A stretch of 64,000 nucleotides of DNA from an uncultured Acidobacteriota bacterium (GTDB lineage Bacteria; Acidobacteriota; JAQAZP01), in contig CAWIIB010000009.1 of the NCBI GenBank assembly GCA_963836075.1, positions 2,944,001 through 3,008,000 of the forward strand, written 5' to 3'. Made by a program: the position numbers and the translations under genes. Positions within the stretch are counted from its first letter, which is position 1, and every line of letters starts with the position of its first letter. The notes below the pieces were generated by a model. The model did no database searches, had not been told where the DNA came from, and worked only from the letters and a program-made list of their open reading frames with translations. This document shows, in pieces, positions 38,551 to 47,970 of this stretch.

Positions 38551-40221
38551 ATGTGGATCAGAGTGATGCTCCCCGTGATGGTGGTTGCTGTCCTGCTGGT
38601 TACCGGGGTATCGGGCCCCGCGGCGCACGGTTCACCCACACTGCATCAGGCTGCGGCCGGCAGTGGTGATGCGCTGCCGGTGAACGGGGTGAGCGAAGAC
38701 GAACCGCTGCGGTCGGCCCGTGATGGTGGAGCGGTGGACGGGGGAGGGGTTGTCCTGGCCACCGATACCCGCGCCACCGAGGGGGATACCCACCACCACG
38801 GGGAGTCCGGTCCCGCTGACGGTGCACACGCTGAAGACGAGGGGCACGGCGACGACCACGGACACCACGGGCCGGGCCTGGGCCGGCTGCTGCCGCTGTG
38901 GAGCGTAATTCCCTTTGCCGGGATCCTGCTCTCCATCGCCCTCTTTCCGCTGCTGGCGCCGAAGTTCTGGCACCATCACTTCCCGAAAATCTCCGCCGGC
39001 TGGGCGGTGCTCTTTGCCGTGCCCTTCCTCTTCGCTTTTGGCGGCGATGCGCTGTACGAGATTCTGCACATCTACTTCATCGACTACATCCCGTTCATCA
39101 TCCTGCTCTGGGCGCTCTACACCGTCTCCGGCGGCATCCGGATCAAGGGCACCCTGCGCGGCACGCCGGCGGTGAACTGCCTGCTGCTGCTCATCGGCAC
39201 GGCCATCGCCTCCTGGGTCGGCACCACCGGGGCGGCGATGCTGCTGATCAGGCCGCTGCTGCGGGCCAATCAGGACCGCCGGAACAAGGTCCACACCGTG
39301 GTCTTTTTCATCTTTCTGGTGGCCAACGTGGGCGGTTCGCTCACCCCCCTGGGGGACCCGCCGCTCTTTCTCGGTTTCCTGCACGGGGTGCCCTTCTTCT
39401 GGACGCTGAAGCTGCTGCCGGAGATGCTCTTCGTGGTGGCCTGCCTGATCACCATCTACTACGGCCTGGACAGCTACCACTACCGGCGGGAGGTCCGCGA
39501 TGGCGGCGGCATCCCCGATGACGGTGAGCGGGAACCGATCGGCTTCGAGGGGCTGCACAACCTGGTGTTCCTTGGCGGCATTCTGGGCGGAGTGATCCTC
39601 AGCGGCTTCTGGCGGCCCGGCTCGTACACCCTGCTGGGCGTCCACATGGACATCCAGAACACCGTCCGCGACATCATGCTGGTCTGCATGGGGCTGCTCT
39701 CACTCTGGACCACGAAGAAGACGGTGCGCAAGGCCAACGAGTTCACCTGGTTTCCCATCACCGAGGTGGCCTACCTCTTTGCCGGCATCTTCATGTGCAT
39801 CATCCCCGCCCTGGCCATTCTCAAGGCGGGCAGCGAGGGGGCGCTGGCCCCGATGCTGAGCCTGATCCGGGAGCCGGTGCACTATTTCTGGGTGGTGGGC
39901 TTACTCTCCAGTTTTCTCGACAACGCCCCCACCTACCTGACGTTCCTCAACTCGGCCCTGGGACAGTTCCATGCCGGGATGGCCGAACTTCCGGCAGTGA
40001 CCGCGCTGATTCACGACGAGGAGATCTACCTCAAGGCCATCGCCACCGGCGCGGTCTTCATGGGGGCCAACACCTACATCGGCAATGCTCCCAATTTCAT
40101 GGTCAAGTCCATCGCCGAGGAGTCGGGAGTGTCCATGCCGAGCTTCTTCGGCTACATGATCCGCTACTCGCTGATTATCCTGGTGCCGGTGTTCGTGTTG
40201 GTAACTGTTATCTTCTTTTAA
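38551..40221 (+). CDS. Ion-transporter superfamily protein (putative Na+/H+ antiporter or citrate transporter) with His-rich N-terminal extension
   Basis: GTTGAAMLLIRP, NVGGSLTPLGDPPLFLG, SSFLDNAPTY, TYIGNAPN; start codon uncertain. Confidence 0.85.
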   Translation: MWIRVMLPVMVVAVLLVTGVSGPAAHGSPTLHQAAAGSGDALPVNGVSEDEPLRSARDGGAVDGGGVVLATDTRATEGDTHHHGESGPADGAHAEDEGHGDDHGHHGPGLGRLLPLWSVIPFAGILLSIALFPLLAPKFWHHHFPKISAGWAVLFAVPFLFAFGGDALYEILHIYFIDYIPFIILLWALYTVSGGIRIKGTLRGTPAVNCLLLLIGTAIASWVGTTGAAMLLIRPLLRANQDRRNKVHTVVFFIFLVANVGGSLTPLGDPPLFLGFLHGVPFFWTLKLLPEMLFVVACLITIYYGLDSYHYRREVRDGGGIPDDGEREPIGFEGLHNLVFLGGILGGVILSGFWRPGSYTLLGVHMDIQNTVRDIMLVCMGLLSLWTTKKTVRKANEFTWFPITEVAYLFAGIFMCIIPALAILKAGSEGALAPMLSLIREPVHYFWVVGLLSSFLDNAPTYLTFLNSALGQFHAGMAELPAVTALIHDEEIYLKAIATGAVFMGANTYIGNAPNFMVKSIAEESGVSMPSFFGYMIRYSLIILVPVFVLVTVIFF

Positions 40222-40358
40222 AAATACTGTAACGTTTTCGGCTCTGATCCATCTAACTGTTGAGAGAGTGGTACGCTGAAGGTCCGGAACGGCCGGAAGG
40301 ATGACCCGAAATGGATAACGGAACTGCGGAAAGAATTCCGGAAAAGAAGGGACGCAAG

Positions 40359-40553
40359 ATGAGCGAAGTTCTGATCATCGTGCTTTTCCTGGTGGGCTGG
40401 TACGTGCTCAATGCCTTCATCCTGCCCTGGTGCGGTGTCTCAACGTGAATGAGCCGCAGTTGCGCGGTCGAGGATCGACCGGTCCAGGCGATGAGCGGGG
40501 ACGAGGATGGCGCGGTGAGGCCGGAGCCGGATAAGAAACCCATCGGAGAATAG
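40359..40553 (+). CDS. Candidate small membrane selenoprotein (64 aa, in-frame TGA at 40446-40448)
   Basis: MSEVLIIVLFLVGWYVLNAFILPWCGVST-U-MSRSC...PIGE-TAG; hairpin 40465-40481; TAG lies 4 nt before the next ATG; alternative start 40311. Confidence 0.6.
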
Positions 40554-40557
40554 AGCT

Positions 40558-40788
40558 ATGCCGATCTACGAGTACAAATGTCGTGAGTGTGAGCTCGTTT
40601 TCGAAGTGCTGAAGCGCTCCAGGCTGGCGGAAGATGAGCCGGAGCGGTGTCCGGGCTGCGGCGGGGAGGAAACGGACAAGCTCTATTCCTCCTTTGCCGG
40701 GATGGTGCCGGTGGCCGCCGGTGGCGGGTGCCCCAGCGCCGGGAGCAGCGGCTGCGGCGGAGGACAGGGAGGTTTTTCCTGAGGGTAG
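40558..40788 (+). CDS. FmdB-family zinc-ribbon protein, candidate selenoprotein ending GGFS-U-G-stop (ends 40782 if TGA is a stop)
   Basis: MPIYEYKC..C....E...CPGC; TGA GGG TAG followed by hairpin 40793-40811 with a GTG loop. Confidence 0.75.
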
Positions 40789-40897
40789 GACGACCCGGCG
40801 GTGCGCCGGGTGAATCCGAGCTGCGGAACCGATTGCAGATCCACAGGCCCCGGAACCGGGTTGGACCGGCCGGGGCCTCGTCTGGTACCGCCCCTGT

Positions 40898-41200
40898 TCA
40901 GGGCAGCTTTTTCCCCAGCTTCTCCTCCACCGCTTCGAGTTTGCGGCGGATGGCGCCGTCGGCGCCGTCCCGGTCGTCGATCTTGACCACCGTGGAGACC
41001 CGCGAGGAAAAGTCGCGCATCCTCAGGTGGCAGCGGCGGATCAGGTCGAAGACCTCGTCACAGGGGCCTTCAACCACCGTGCCCATGGGGTTTACCAGGT
41101 AGTCGAGGCCGCTCTCTTCCACCAGGCGCAGGATCTCGGCCACCGGCCCCGACATGCCACTGGCCCGGTCCACCGGAGCCACGCTGAATTCGGCTAGCAT
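40898..41200 (-). CDS. Thiamine-binding protein (MTH1187/YkoF family)
   Basis: MLAEFSVAP, SGLDY..NPMGTVVEG, RVSTVVKIDDR. Confidence 0.9.
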   Translation of the reverse strand: MLAEFSVAPVDRASGMSGPVAEILRLVEESGLDYLVNPMGTVVEGPCDEVFDLIRRCHLRMRDFSSRVSTVVKIDDRDGADGAIRRKLEAVEEKLGKKLP

Positions 41201-41214
41201 GATTGCATTCCTCC

Positions 41215-41955
41215 TCAGTACAACCCGCCGTCCACGGTGAGTACCTGGCCGGTGATGTAGGCCGCGTCGTCGGAGAGCAGGAAGAGCGCGGCGGCCGCGG
41301 CCTCGTCCACCGAGGCCATGCGGTTCATCGGGGTCATGGCCAGCAGCCGCTGGCGGGCCAGCTCGGGCAGGGTGGCGGTCATGTCCGTCTCCACCAGGCC
41401 CAGGGCGAGGCTGTTCACCCGCAGTCCCAGCTTGCCTACTTCCCGGGCCAGCGATTTGCCAAAGGCGATGGCGCCCGCTTTTGATGCCGCGTAGTTGGCC
41501 TGCCCCTCGGTGCCCATCAGGCCGCTGATCGAGGCGATGTTGAGGATCACCCCCGACTTGCGTTTCATCATCGAGACGATCACCGACTTGGTGAAGTTGA
41601 ACACCCCCTTCAGATTGACATCCAGCACCCGGTCCCAGGTCTCCTCGTCCATCATGAACAGCGCCCGGTCGGAACGGATGCCGGCGTTGTTCACCAGGAA
41701 GTCCACCTTGTCGTCGAAGGCCGTACGGAATGATTTCACCGCCGCGGTGACCGCCGCGCTGTCCGAGGCGTCAACCCGGGACGAGAGCGCCCGCACTCCC
41801 AGGGACTCCATCCGGGTCACCAGGCTGGCCGCCTCGTCCTCCCTGCTGTGGTAGGTGAAGGCCACGTGGCAGCCCCGGGCGGCCAGGGCCAGGGCGATGG
41901 CCCGCCCGATGCCTCGCGAGGCGCCGCTGACGATTGCGGTCTTGTCCTTGAACAT
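41215..41955 (-). CDS. fabG: 3-oxoacyl-ACP reductase (SDR)
   Basis: SGASRGIG, VNNAGI, YAASK, ITGQVLTVDGG; true start MFKDK. Confidence 0.88.
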   Translation of the reverse strand: MFKDKTAIVSGASRGIGRAIALALAARGCHVAFTYHSREDEAASLVTRMESLGVRALSSRVDASDSAAVTAAVKSFRTAFDDKVDFLVNNAGIRSDRALFMMDEETWDRVLDVNLKGVFNFTKSVIVSMMKRKSGVILNIASISGLMGTEGQANYAASKAGAIAFGKSLAREVGKLGLRVNSLALGLVETDMTATLPELARQRLLAMTPMNRMASVDEAAAAALFLLSDDAAYITGQVLTVDGGLY

Positions 41956-42034
41956 CGCTGTCTCGATTCCTCCCGTGCTGTTTCGCTGCTCCGCCGGCTG
42001 CCGATCCAGATGTATGGTATCACGCGACAGGCGG

Positions 42035-44299
42035 TCACCGGGGCGGCAGGGTGGAGTGGTAGATCTCGAAGTTGCCGTCCCGGTGGTCGTCCCACACCAC
42101 GTGCAGCGTGCCGTCGGGCGCGGGGTAGATCGAGGCGTCCATGGAGACGGCGCCGTCCCGGGTGATCCGGGTGGTGGGCGACCAGCCTGCGGGGCCCCGG
42201 GTCTTGTGGAAGACCTCGAAGTTGCCCACCGCCGAATCGGTCCAGACCAGCAGCACCGGCCCGTCGCCGTCCTGGGCCACCGAGGGGTGCCTGATCTCGT
42301 AGGCCCGCACCCTCGGGTGGTGCCAGGTGACCCGTTCCTCGGCGCCGCGGTCGCGGCCCAGCAGGCGGTAGTAAATCTCCTGCTGCCCATGGCGGCTGTC
42401 CACCCAGACCAGGTGCGCGCCACCTCCGGCCGCCGGCCAGGCTGCGGGTTGACCGGCGGCAGTGCCCTCCGGGGTCAGCCGGGTCACCGGCCCCCACTCC
42501 CCGTGGGCCAGCCTGCGGTAGTAGATGCCCGGCGCTCCCCGGGGCGGGGTCATTTTCCAGACCAGGTGCAGCGAGCCGTCAGCGGCATCGGGAACCAGGC
42601 CGGGGAAGAAACAGCGGCCGCCGGCCGGTGTCTGGCCCACCGGTTGCGGGGCGCCGGGCGGGCCGGCGTCCAGGCGGTTGTGGAAGATCTCCCGGCGGTC
42701 CTCCAACTGCCCGGGGAAGGCGAGGTGCAAGCGGCCGGCGCTGTCGCTGCAGAAGGAGGCCTTGTAGGCCACCAGGTCCTCAGGAGAGATTCGGCGGTCG
42801 GGGCTCCAGCCCTCCGCGGTGAGCGAGCGGGTGTAGATACCCATGGTGCCGGTGCGTTCGTCGGTGTAGAGCAGTGAGAGATTCCCCTGCTGGTCGGCCA
42901 GCAGGTCGGGGGTGCGCGAGGTCCAGCCGTCGCGGGGAGAGAGGCGTTGGGGCGGCGACCACTGTCCTCCGCTGAGCACCGAGTGGTAGATTTCATAAAT
43001 AATCCGGCCGCTCTTCTCATCATCCGGGCTGCCGGTTGCCGTGTCCCCCCGGGTGTAGTCGCTGGCGTCGAACCAGACCAGGTGCGGCCGGCCCTTGCCG
43101 TCGAAGGCCACGCTCCGGTCGTGGAGCGCAGCAGTGTGCGAGTTCCCCGGGGTGCGGGTGATCCGCCGGGGTTCGCTCCAGCGGTCACGGCCACCGGGCG
43201 GCAGGGGGAGCAGACCCTGGTTGTCCAGGCCCCGGGCAATCAGCTGGGCGAAGCGGAGGTGGCCCTGGGGGGACGGGTGGGGGTCGTCGGGAAGATAGAG
43301 CCGCGCCGGTTCCGGCTCGCCGGCCAGGGGCGTGAGCAGGTCGATCAGCGGGATCTCCAGCCGGCCGCAGGTCTCGGCCAGGGCAGCCCGGACCGGATCC
43401 TCTGCCGGGTCGGCGTCGATCAGTTGAAAGAGGGCCGGCAGCAGTACCACCACCAGGCGCCGGTGTTCCCCCGCATCGCCCACCACTTCCCGCGTCCTGA
43501 GCAGTACCCGTTCGAGGCGCTTCCGCTGATCAGCATCGGACCAGAGACGGTCGTATCGCCGGCGCTGGTCCTCCGCCTCGTCGGGGCGCGCACCGCCGAG
43601 GCGCAGCAACCGGTCCCAGCGCGTGCCCAGGAAGCGGTAGAAGTAGGAGTTGGCCCGCAGCCAGCCGCGGGGCGAGAAACCGCCGGCCGCAGCCAGGCCG
43701 GACTGCGGCATCTCCAGCTCTTCGTCCTGACCCCGGGCGAGGAACGGCTTTTCCATATCGTTGACGAAGAGGCAGAGCAGGACCAGCCGCGGGCGGTAGC
43801 GGTCGATGCTCAGTTCCACCAGCGCCGCCTGCTGTTCGAGGTTGTAGCCCGGGACGCCGAGGTTGAGCAGTCGCGGGCTCTTTCCGGGCCGGGCCAGGCC
43901 GGCGGCAGAAGTTTCCAGCAGCCTGGGAAAGGCCTGCTCCACGGCCACGCCGAATCCGGCGGTGAGCGAATCGCCCACCACGGCCACCCGCAGCTCTTTT
44001 GGCGAGAGCTGCTCGGGGAACGGGCGGTCGCGGAACCCGGCCTTGTTGGTGCGGAAGGGGACGCCGGCCACCTCGATCTCCAGTCCGGGGGCCAGGCTGT
44101 AGACCAGTGCCTGTTGCTCCGCCGGGACACAGCTCTCCCGCCAGTCCCAGCGCAGACCCATCAGCATGCTCTCGGCAATCCGGCAGGCGGCCTCACCGAT
44201 GGCCGCGGCCGCGGCCATGGTGAGAACGAGCAGGAGCAGGGAGGGCCAGAGCCGCCGGGTTCGCCGTCCCTCATCGTTCTGTTTTCGCTTGCCGGTCAT
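42035..44299 (-). CDS. Membrane-anchored SGNH/GDSL hydrolase fused to a C-terminal beta-propeller
   Basis: GDSLTAG, NLGVPGY, FVND, DDPHP; then repeated H(L/V)VW.D...EIY units. Confidence 0.78.
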   Translation of the reverse strand: MTGKRKQNDEGRRTRRLWPSLLLLVLTMAAAAAIGEAACRIAESMLMGLRWDWRESCVPAEQQALVYSLAPGLEIEVAGVPFRTNKAGFRDRPFPEQLSPKELRVAVVGDSLTAGFGVAVEQAFPRLLETSAAGLARPGKSPRLLNLGVPGYNLEQQAALVELSIDRYRPRLVLLCLFVNDMEKPFLARGQDEELEMPQSGLAAAGGFSPRGWLRANSYFYRFLGTRWDRLLRLGGARPDEAEDQRRRYDRLWSDADQRKRLERVLLRTREVVGDAGEHRRLVVVLLPALFQLIDADPAEDPVRAALAETCGRLEIPLIDLLTPLAGEPEPARLYLPDDPHPSPQGHLRFAQLIARGLDNQGLLPLPPGGRDRWSEPRRITRTPGNSHTAALHDRSVAFDGKGRPHLVWFDASDYTRGDTATGSPDDEKSGRIIYEIYHSVLSGGQWSPPQRLSPRDGWTSRTPDLLADQQGNLSLLYTDERTGTMGIYTRSLTAEGWSPDRRISPEDLVAYKASFCSDSAGRLHLAFPGQLEDRREIFHNRLDAGPPGAPQPVGQTPAGGRCFFPGLVPDAADGSLHLVWKMTPPRGAPGIYYRRLAHGEWGPVTRLTPEGTAAGQPAAWPAAGGGAHLVWVDSRHGQQEIYYRLLGRDRGAEERVTWHHPRVRAYEIRHPSVAQDGDGPVLLVWTDSAVGNFEVFHKTRGPAGWSPTTRITRDGAVSMDASIYPAPDGTLHVVWDDHRDGNFEIYHSTLPPR

Positions 44300-44492
44300 G
44301 ACGCTCCGGGGGCCGGGTTCGAACGGTTGGAAAGACCGCCACCATCTTAGGGACGGCCCCGGGCAGTGTCAACGACCCGGGAATTGAAGTGCCGGATCAA
44401 GAAATAGTAGTATCGTTACCACTTCCGTGGAAGACAGTAGACGTTTTCCCAACGGTTTCTGGGGTAACACATAGATCAGCCGGGAGGTTGAG

Positions 44493-45173
44493 ATGAGCTT
44501 TTCCGACGGCATCTTTGCCGAGATGACAGACACCGTGGTCCGCTGCGACCGCGAGGCCGCCACCGAACTGGCCCGCCGGGCCCTGGACCAGGGGGTGCCG
44601 CCGGTGCGGGCACTGGAGGAGGGGTTCGTCCCCGGGATCCGCCGGGTGGGGGACCTCTGGGAGGAAGGGGAGTATTTTCTCCCCGAACTGCTGGCTGCTG
44701 CCGAGGCGATGAAGGCGGCGATGACCATCCTCGAGCCGGCCCTGCGCGGCGAGGGCGGCCAGGCGCCGGAGAAACGCGGCACGGTGGTGATCGGCACCAT
44801 CCAGGGCGACATCCACGACATCGGCAAGTCGCTGGTGGCGGCGATGCTCGCCGCCATGGGTTTTCATGTCATCGACCTCGGGCCCGATGTGGCCTACCAC
44901 CGGTTCGTCGACACCGTGCGCGAGGAGAAGGCGGACCTGCTCTGCATGTCCGCCCTGCTGACCACGACCATGAGCGGTCATGGCGACGTGATCCGCATGC
45001 TCGAGGAGCAGGGTCTGCGCCAGGACGTGAAGGTCCTGGTGGGCGGTTCGCCGGTGGACCTGGCCTGGGCCGAGCGCATCGGCGCCGATGGCTACGCGCC
45101 CAATGCCATGGACGCGGTGCGGGCGGCGGAGAAGGTTCTGGGCCTGGAACAGGCGGGGCCGGGAGGCGCGTGA
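44493..45173 (+). CDS. Corrinoid (B12-binding) methyltransferase protein, MttC/MtgC-like
   Basis: Cap domain (EYFLPELL) plus DIHDIGK (DxHxxG), SALLTTT, VGG. Confidence 0.92.
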   Translation: MSFSDGIFAEMTDTVVRCDREAATELARRALDQGVPPVRALEEGFVPGIRRVGDLWEEGEYFLPELLAAAEAMKAAMTILEPALRGEGGQAPEKRGTVVIGTIQGDIHDIGKSLVAAMLAAMGFHVIDLGPDVAYHRFVDTVREEKADLLCMSALLTTTMSGHGDVIRMLEEQGLRQDVKVLVGGSPVDLAWAERIGADGYAPNAMDAVRAAEKVLGLEQAGPGGA

Positions 45174-46069
45174 TGGATATTCTCCAACATCTGGCCCAGC
45201 GCACCGTGCTCTTTGACGGCGGCCTGGGCTCGGCACTGATCGCCCGCGGCCTGCCCGTGGGATCGGGGCCCGAGCGCTGGAACCTCGAGCGGCCGGAAGA
45301 GGTGCGCGAGGTGCATCGGGCCTACTTCGAGGCCGGCGCAGAAGTGGTGCAGACCAACACTTTCGGCTGTAACCTGGTCAAGCTGGAAAGCGAGGGCCTG
45401 GGTGACCAGGAGGAAGAGATCAATGCGGCCGGGGCCGAGATGGCGGTGGCGATCCGGCCCCGCGACCGCTTCGTCTGCGGCGACATGGGGCCCACCGGCA
45501 AGCTGCTCAAGCCCCACGGCGAACTGGACCCGGCGGCCGTCGAGGACGCCTATGCCCGGCAGGCGCTGATGCTGTTGGGCGGCGGGGTGGACTTCCTGGC
45601 CGTGGAGACCATCTTTCAGCTGGCCGAAGCCGAGGCGGCGCTCCGCGGCATCCGCCAGGTGAGTGACGGGCCGGTGCTGGTCTCGCTGACCTTTGAACGG
45701 AAAAAGCGTGGATTCTTCACCATCATGGGCGAGACGCCGGCCATGGTGGCCGAGACCCTGGGCGAACTGGGCGTCGACGTCCTCGGCGCCAACTGCACCC
45801 TCACCACGGGGGACATGGTGGCGCTGGCCGAGGAGTTCCGGCAGGTCACCCGTCTTCCCCTGGTGATGCAGCCCAATGCCGGCCAGCCCCGGGCGTCCGC
45901 TGACGGCGGGCCGCCGACCTACGAATTCGACCGGAACGATTTTCTGGAGAACATGATGCGCATGGCCGACATCGGGATCAACGGCCTGGGCGGGTGCTGC
46001 GGCACCGACCCGGGCCTGATCGCCGACCTGCGGCAGCGCCTGGATCAGCGGCAAGGAGGGGGGAGATGA
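45170..46069 (+). CDS. Homocysteine S-methyltransferase domain protein (stand-alone MetH Hcy domain)
   Basis: FDGGLG, QTNTFG, GPTG, GANC, PNAG, GGCCGT (Zn ligands). Confidence 0.9.
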   Translation: MMDILQHLAQRTVLFDGGLGSALIARGLPVGSGPERWNLERPEEVREVHRAYFEAGAEVVQTNTFGCNLVKLESEGLGDQEEEINAAGAEMAVAIRPRDRFVCGDMGPTGKLLKPHGELDPAAVEDAYARQALMLLGGGVDFLAVETIFQLAEAEAALRGIRQVSDGPVLVSLTFERKKRGFFTIMGETPAMVAETLGELGVDVLGANCTLTTGDMVALAEEFRQVTRLPLVMQPNAGQPRASADGGPPTYEFDRNDFLENMMRMADIGINGLGGCCGTDPGLIADLRQRLDQRQGGGR

Positions 46070-47559
46070 AGGGGATCAGACCGACCGTGCGGCCCTTGAG
46101 CGAGGAAATGGTGGAGCGGGTCTACAGCGAGGCGCTGGACGTCCTGGCCCGCAAGGGCATCTTCGTGGAGAACGACGAGGCCCTCGAGCTTCTCGACGGG
46201 GCGGGGGCGCGGCCCGAGGGGAGCGGGCCGCAGAGCGGCGAGGCCAGCCGCGTGGTCCGCCTGCCCGGGGATCTGGTGGCCCGGGCCCTGGAGAGCGCCC
46301 CGAAACGGATCCGGGTCTACGATGCAGCCGGTGAGCTGGCCATGGACCTGGGGGAGGACCGGGTCCATTTCGACCCTGGTTCAGCGGCGATCAATATCCT
46401 CGACGGCGACAGCGGCCTCCAGCGGAAGCCGACGTCGCAGGACGCCCTCAACTTCTCCCGGCTGACCAATGCCCTGTCCCAGATGAATGCCCAGAGCACC
46501 GGGGTGGTACCGGCCGACGTCCCCGAGGGGCTGGCCGACCGCTACCGGCTCTATCTCGCCCTGCACGGATCGCGGAAACCGGTGGTCACCGGCACCTTCG
46601 AGGTGCAGGCCATGGCCCCGATGCTGGAGATGCTCACGGTGATCAGGGGCGGGGCGGATGCGCTGCGGGAGAAACCGCTGGCCATCTTTGACGCCTGCCC
46701 CTCGCCGCCGCTGCGCTGGAGCCGGCTGACCTGCCAGAGCCTTATCGACTGCGCCCGGGCCGGCGTGCCTTCGGAGATCGTCTCCATGCCCCTGTCCGGG
46801 GCCACCGCGCCGGTGACCCTGCTGGGCTCGGTGGTCCAGCACTGTGCCGAGGTGATCAGCGCCTATGTCATCGCCCACCTGGCCGCCCCCGGGGCACCGG
46901 TGGTCTACGGCGGCTCGCCGGCCATCTTCGACATGCGCAAGGGCACCACGCCCATGGGGGCCATCGAGACGATGATGATCGACTCGGCCAACGTCCAGGT
47001 GGGCAAGCGCCTGGGCCTGCCGACCCACGCCTACATGGCGCTCAGCGATTCCAAGACCCTCGATGCCCAGGCCGGGCTGGAGAGCGGCATGGGCGCCATG
47101 CTGGCCGCGCTGAGCGGGGTGAACATGGTCTCCGGACCGGGAATGCTCGACTACGAGAGCTGTCAGAGCCTGGAAAAACTGGTGCTGGACAACGAGATCT
47201 GCGGCATGGCCCAGCGCCTCATCGCCGGTCTCCAGCCGCGGGAGGAACAGCTGGCCGCCGACCTGATGGAGGAGTCGTTCACCGATCCCCGTTTCCTCTC
47301 CCGGCCCAGCACGCTCAAGTGGTTCCGCCAGGAGCAGTACATCCCCGGCAAGGTGATCGAACGTTCCACCCTCGGCGAGTGGGAGCAGGCGGGCCGCATG
47401 TCGCTGACCACCAGGGCCCGGGACGAGGTGGTCCGCATCCTCGCCGAAGAGGAGAAGAACGGCTACCGGCTGGACGAGGCAAAGAGCCGCGAGCTGACCA
47501 GGATCATCAGCAGCGAGGCAAAGGGGTTCGGCCTGGAGAAGCCGCCCGTCACTTTTTAG
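46066..47559 (+). CDS. Trimethylamine methyltransferase (MttB) superfamily protein, non-pyrrolysine
   Basis: SGATAPVTLLG, PGAPVVYG, DMRKG, ALSDSKTLDAQAGLES, GML; no in-frame TAG. Confidence 0.9.
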   Translation: MKGIRPTVRPLSEEMVERVYSEALDVLARKGIFVENDEALELLDGAGARPEGSGPQSGEASRVVRLPGDLVARALESAPKRIRVYDAAGELAMDLGEDRVHFDPGSAAINILDGDSGLQRKPTSQDALNFSRLTNALSQMNAQSTGVVPADVPEGLADRYRLYLALHGSRKPVVTGTFEVQAMAPMLEMLTVIRGGADALREKPLAIFDACPSPPLRWSRLTCQSLIDCARAGVPSEIVSMPLSGATAPVTLLGSVVQHCAEVISAYVIAHLAAPGAPVVYGGSPAIFDMRKGTTPMGAIETMMIDSANVQVGKRLGLPTHAYMALSDSKTLDAQAGLESGMGAMLAALSGVNMVSGPGMLDYESCQSLEKLVLDNEICGMAQRLIAGLQPREEQLAADLMEESFTDPRFLSRPSTLKWFRQEQYIPGKVIERSTLGEWEQAGRMSLTTRARDEVVRILAEEEKNGYRLDEAKSRELTRIISSEAKGFGLEKPPVTF

Positions 47560-47885
47560 CCCGGGCACTTCTGGTAGTCTGAAGGCCGTGGCCATGTCCG
47601 CCGCGGTCTTGTTTTCATCAGACAAGCTGTTTCCAATAGCACGATTTTTTGTCACCACCAGTAACAAGGGGTCACCCTTGTTGTCCGCCACTGTTCTATC
47701 CCTCCTGTTTTCAAAGCTTGACCCGCCTCCTAATTCTGTCAACGCCTTGACATGTGAATCACATCTCTGTCATCCGGGGCCCAGAGAAACGATCAAGAAA
47801 CTTGTCCGTGCCGCCGATAGGTAAATTGTGAATGTGACCGTAGTTGCTGTGGTTTACGGCGCCAGGTCAACGGTGATGAAGCATT

Positions 47886-47901
47886 TGGCACGAAGATTGC
47901 T
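47886..47901 (+). promoter_or_regulatory. Sigma54 (-24/-12) promoter
   Basis: Consensus TGGCAC-GAAGA-TTGCT, 70 nt upstream of ATG 47971. Confidence 0.78.
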
Positions 47902-47970
47902 CGAACGTCCATGGGAATGTACTGATCATAATCTTTGCTGAGGAAATTAGGGACATCGGAGGTGCATGAG

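Noticed and set aside
46066-47559. Pyrrolysine recoding in the MttB homologue
   Set aside because: No internal TAG; Leu at the equivalent site. The terminal TAG comes at full family length.
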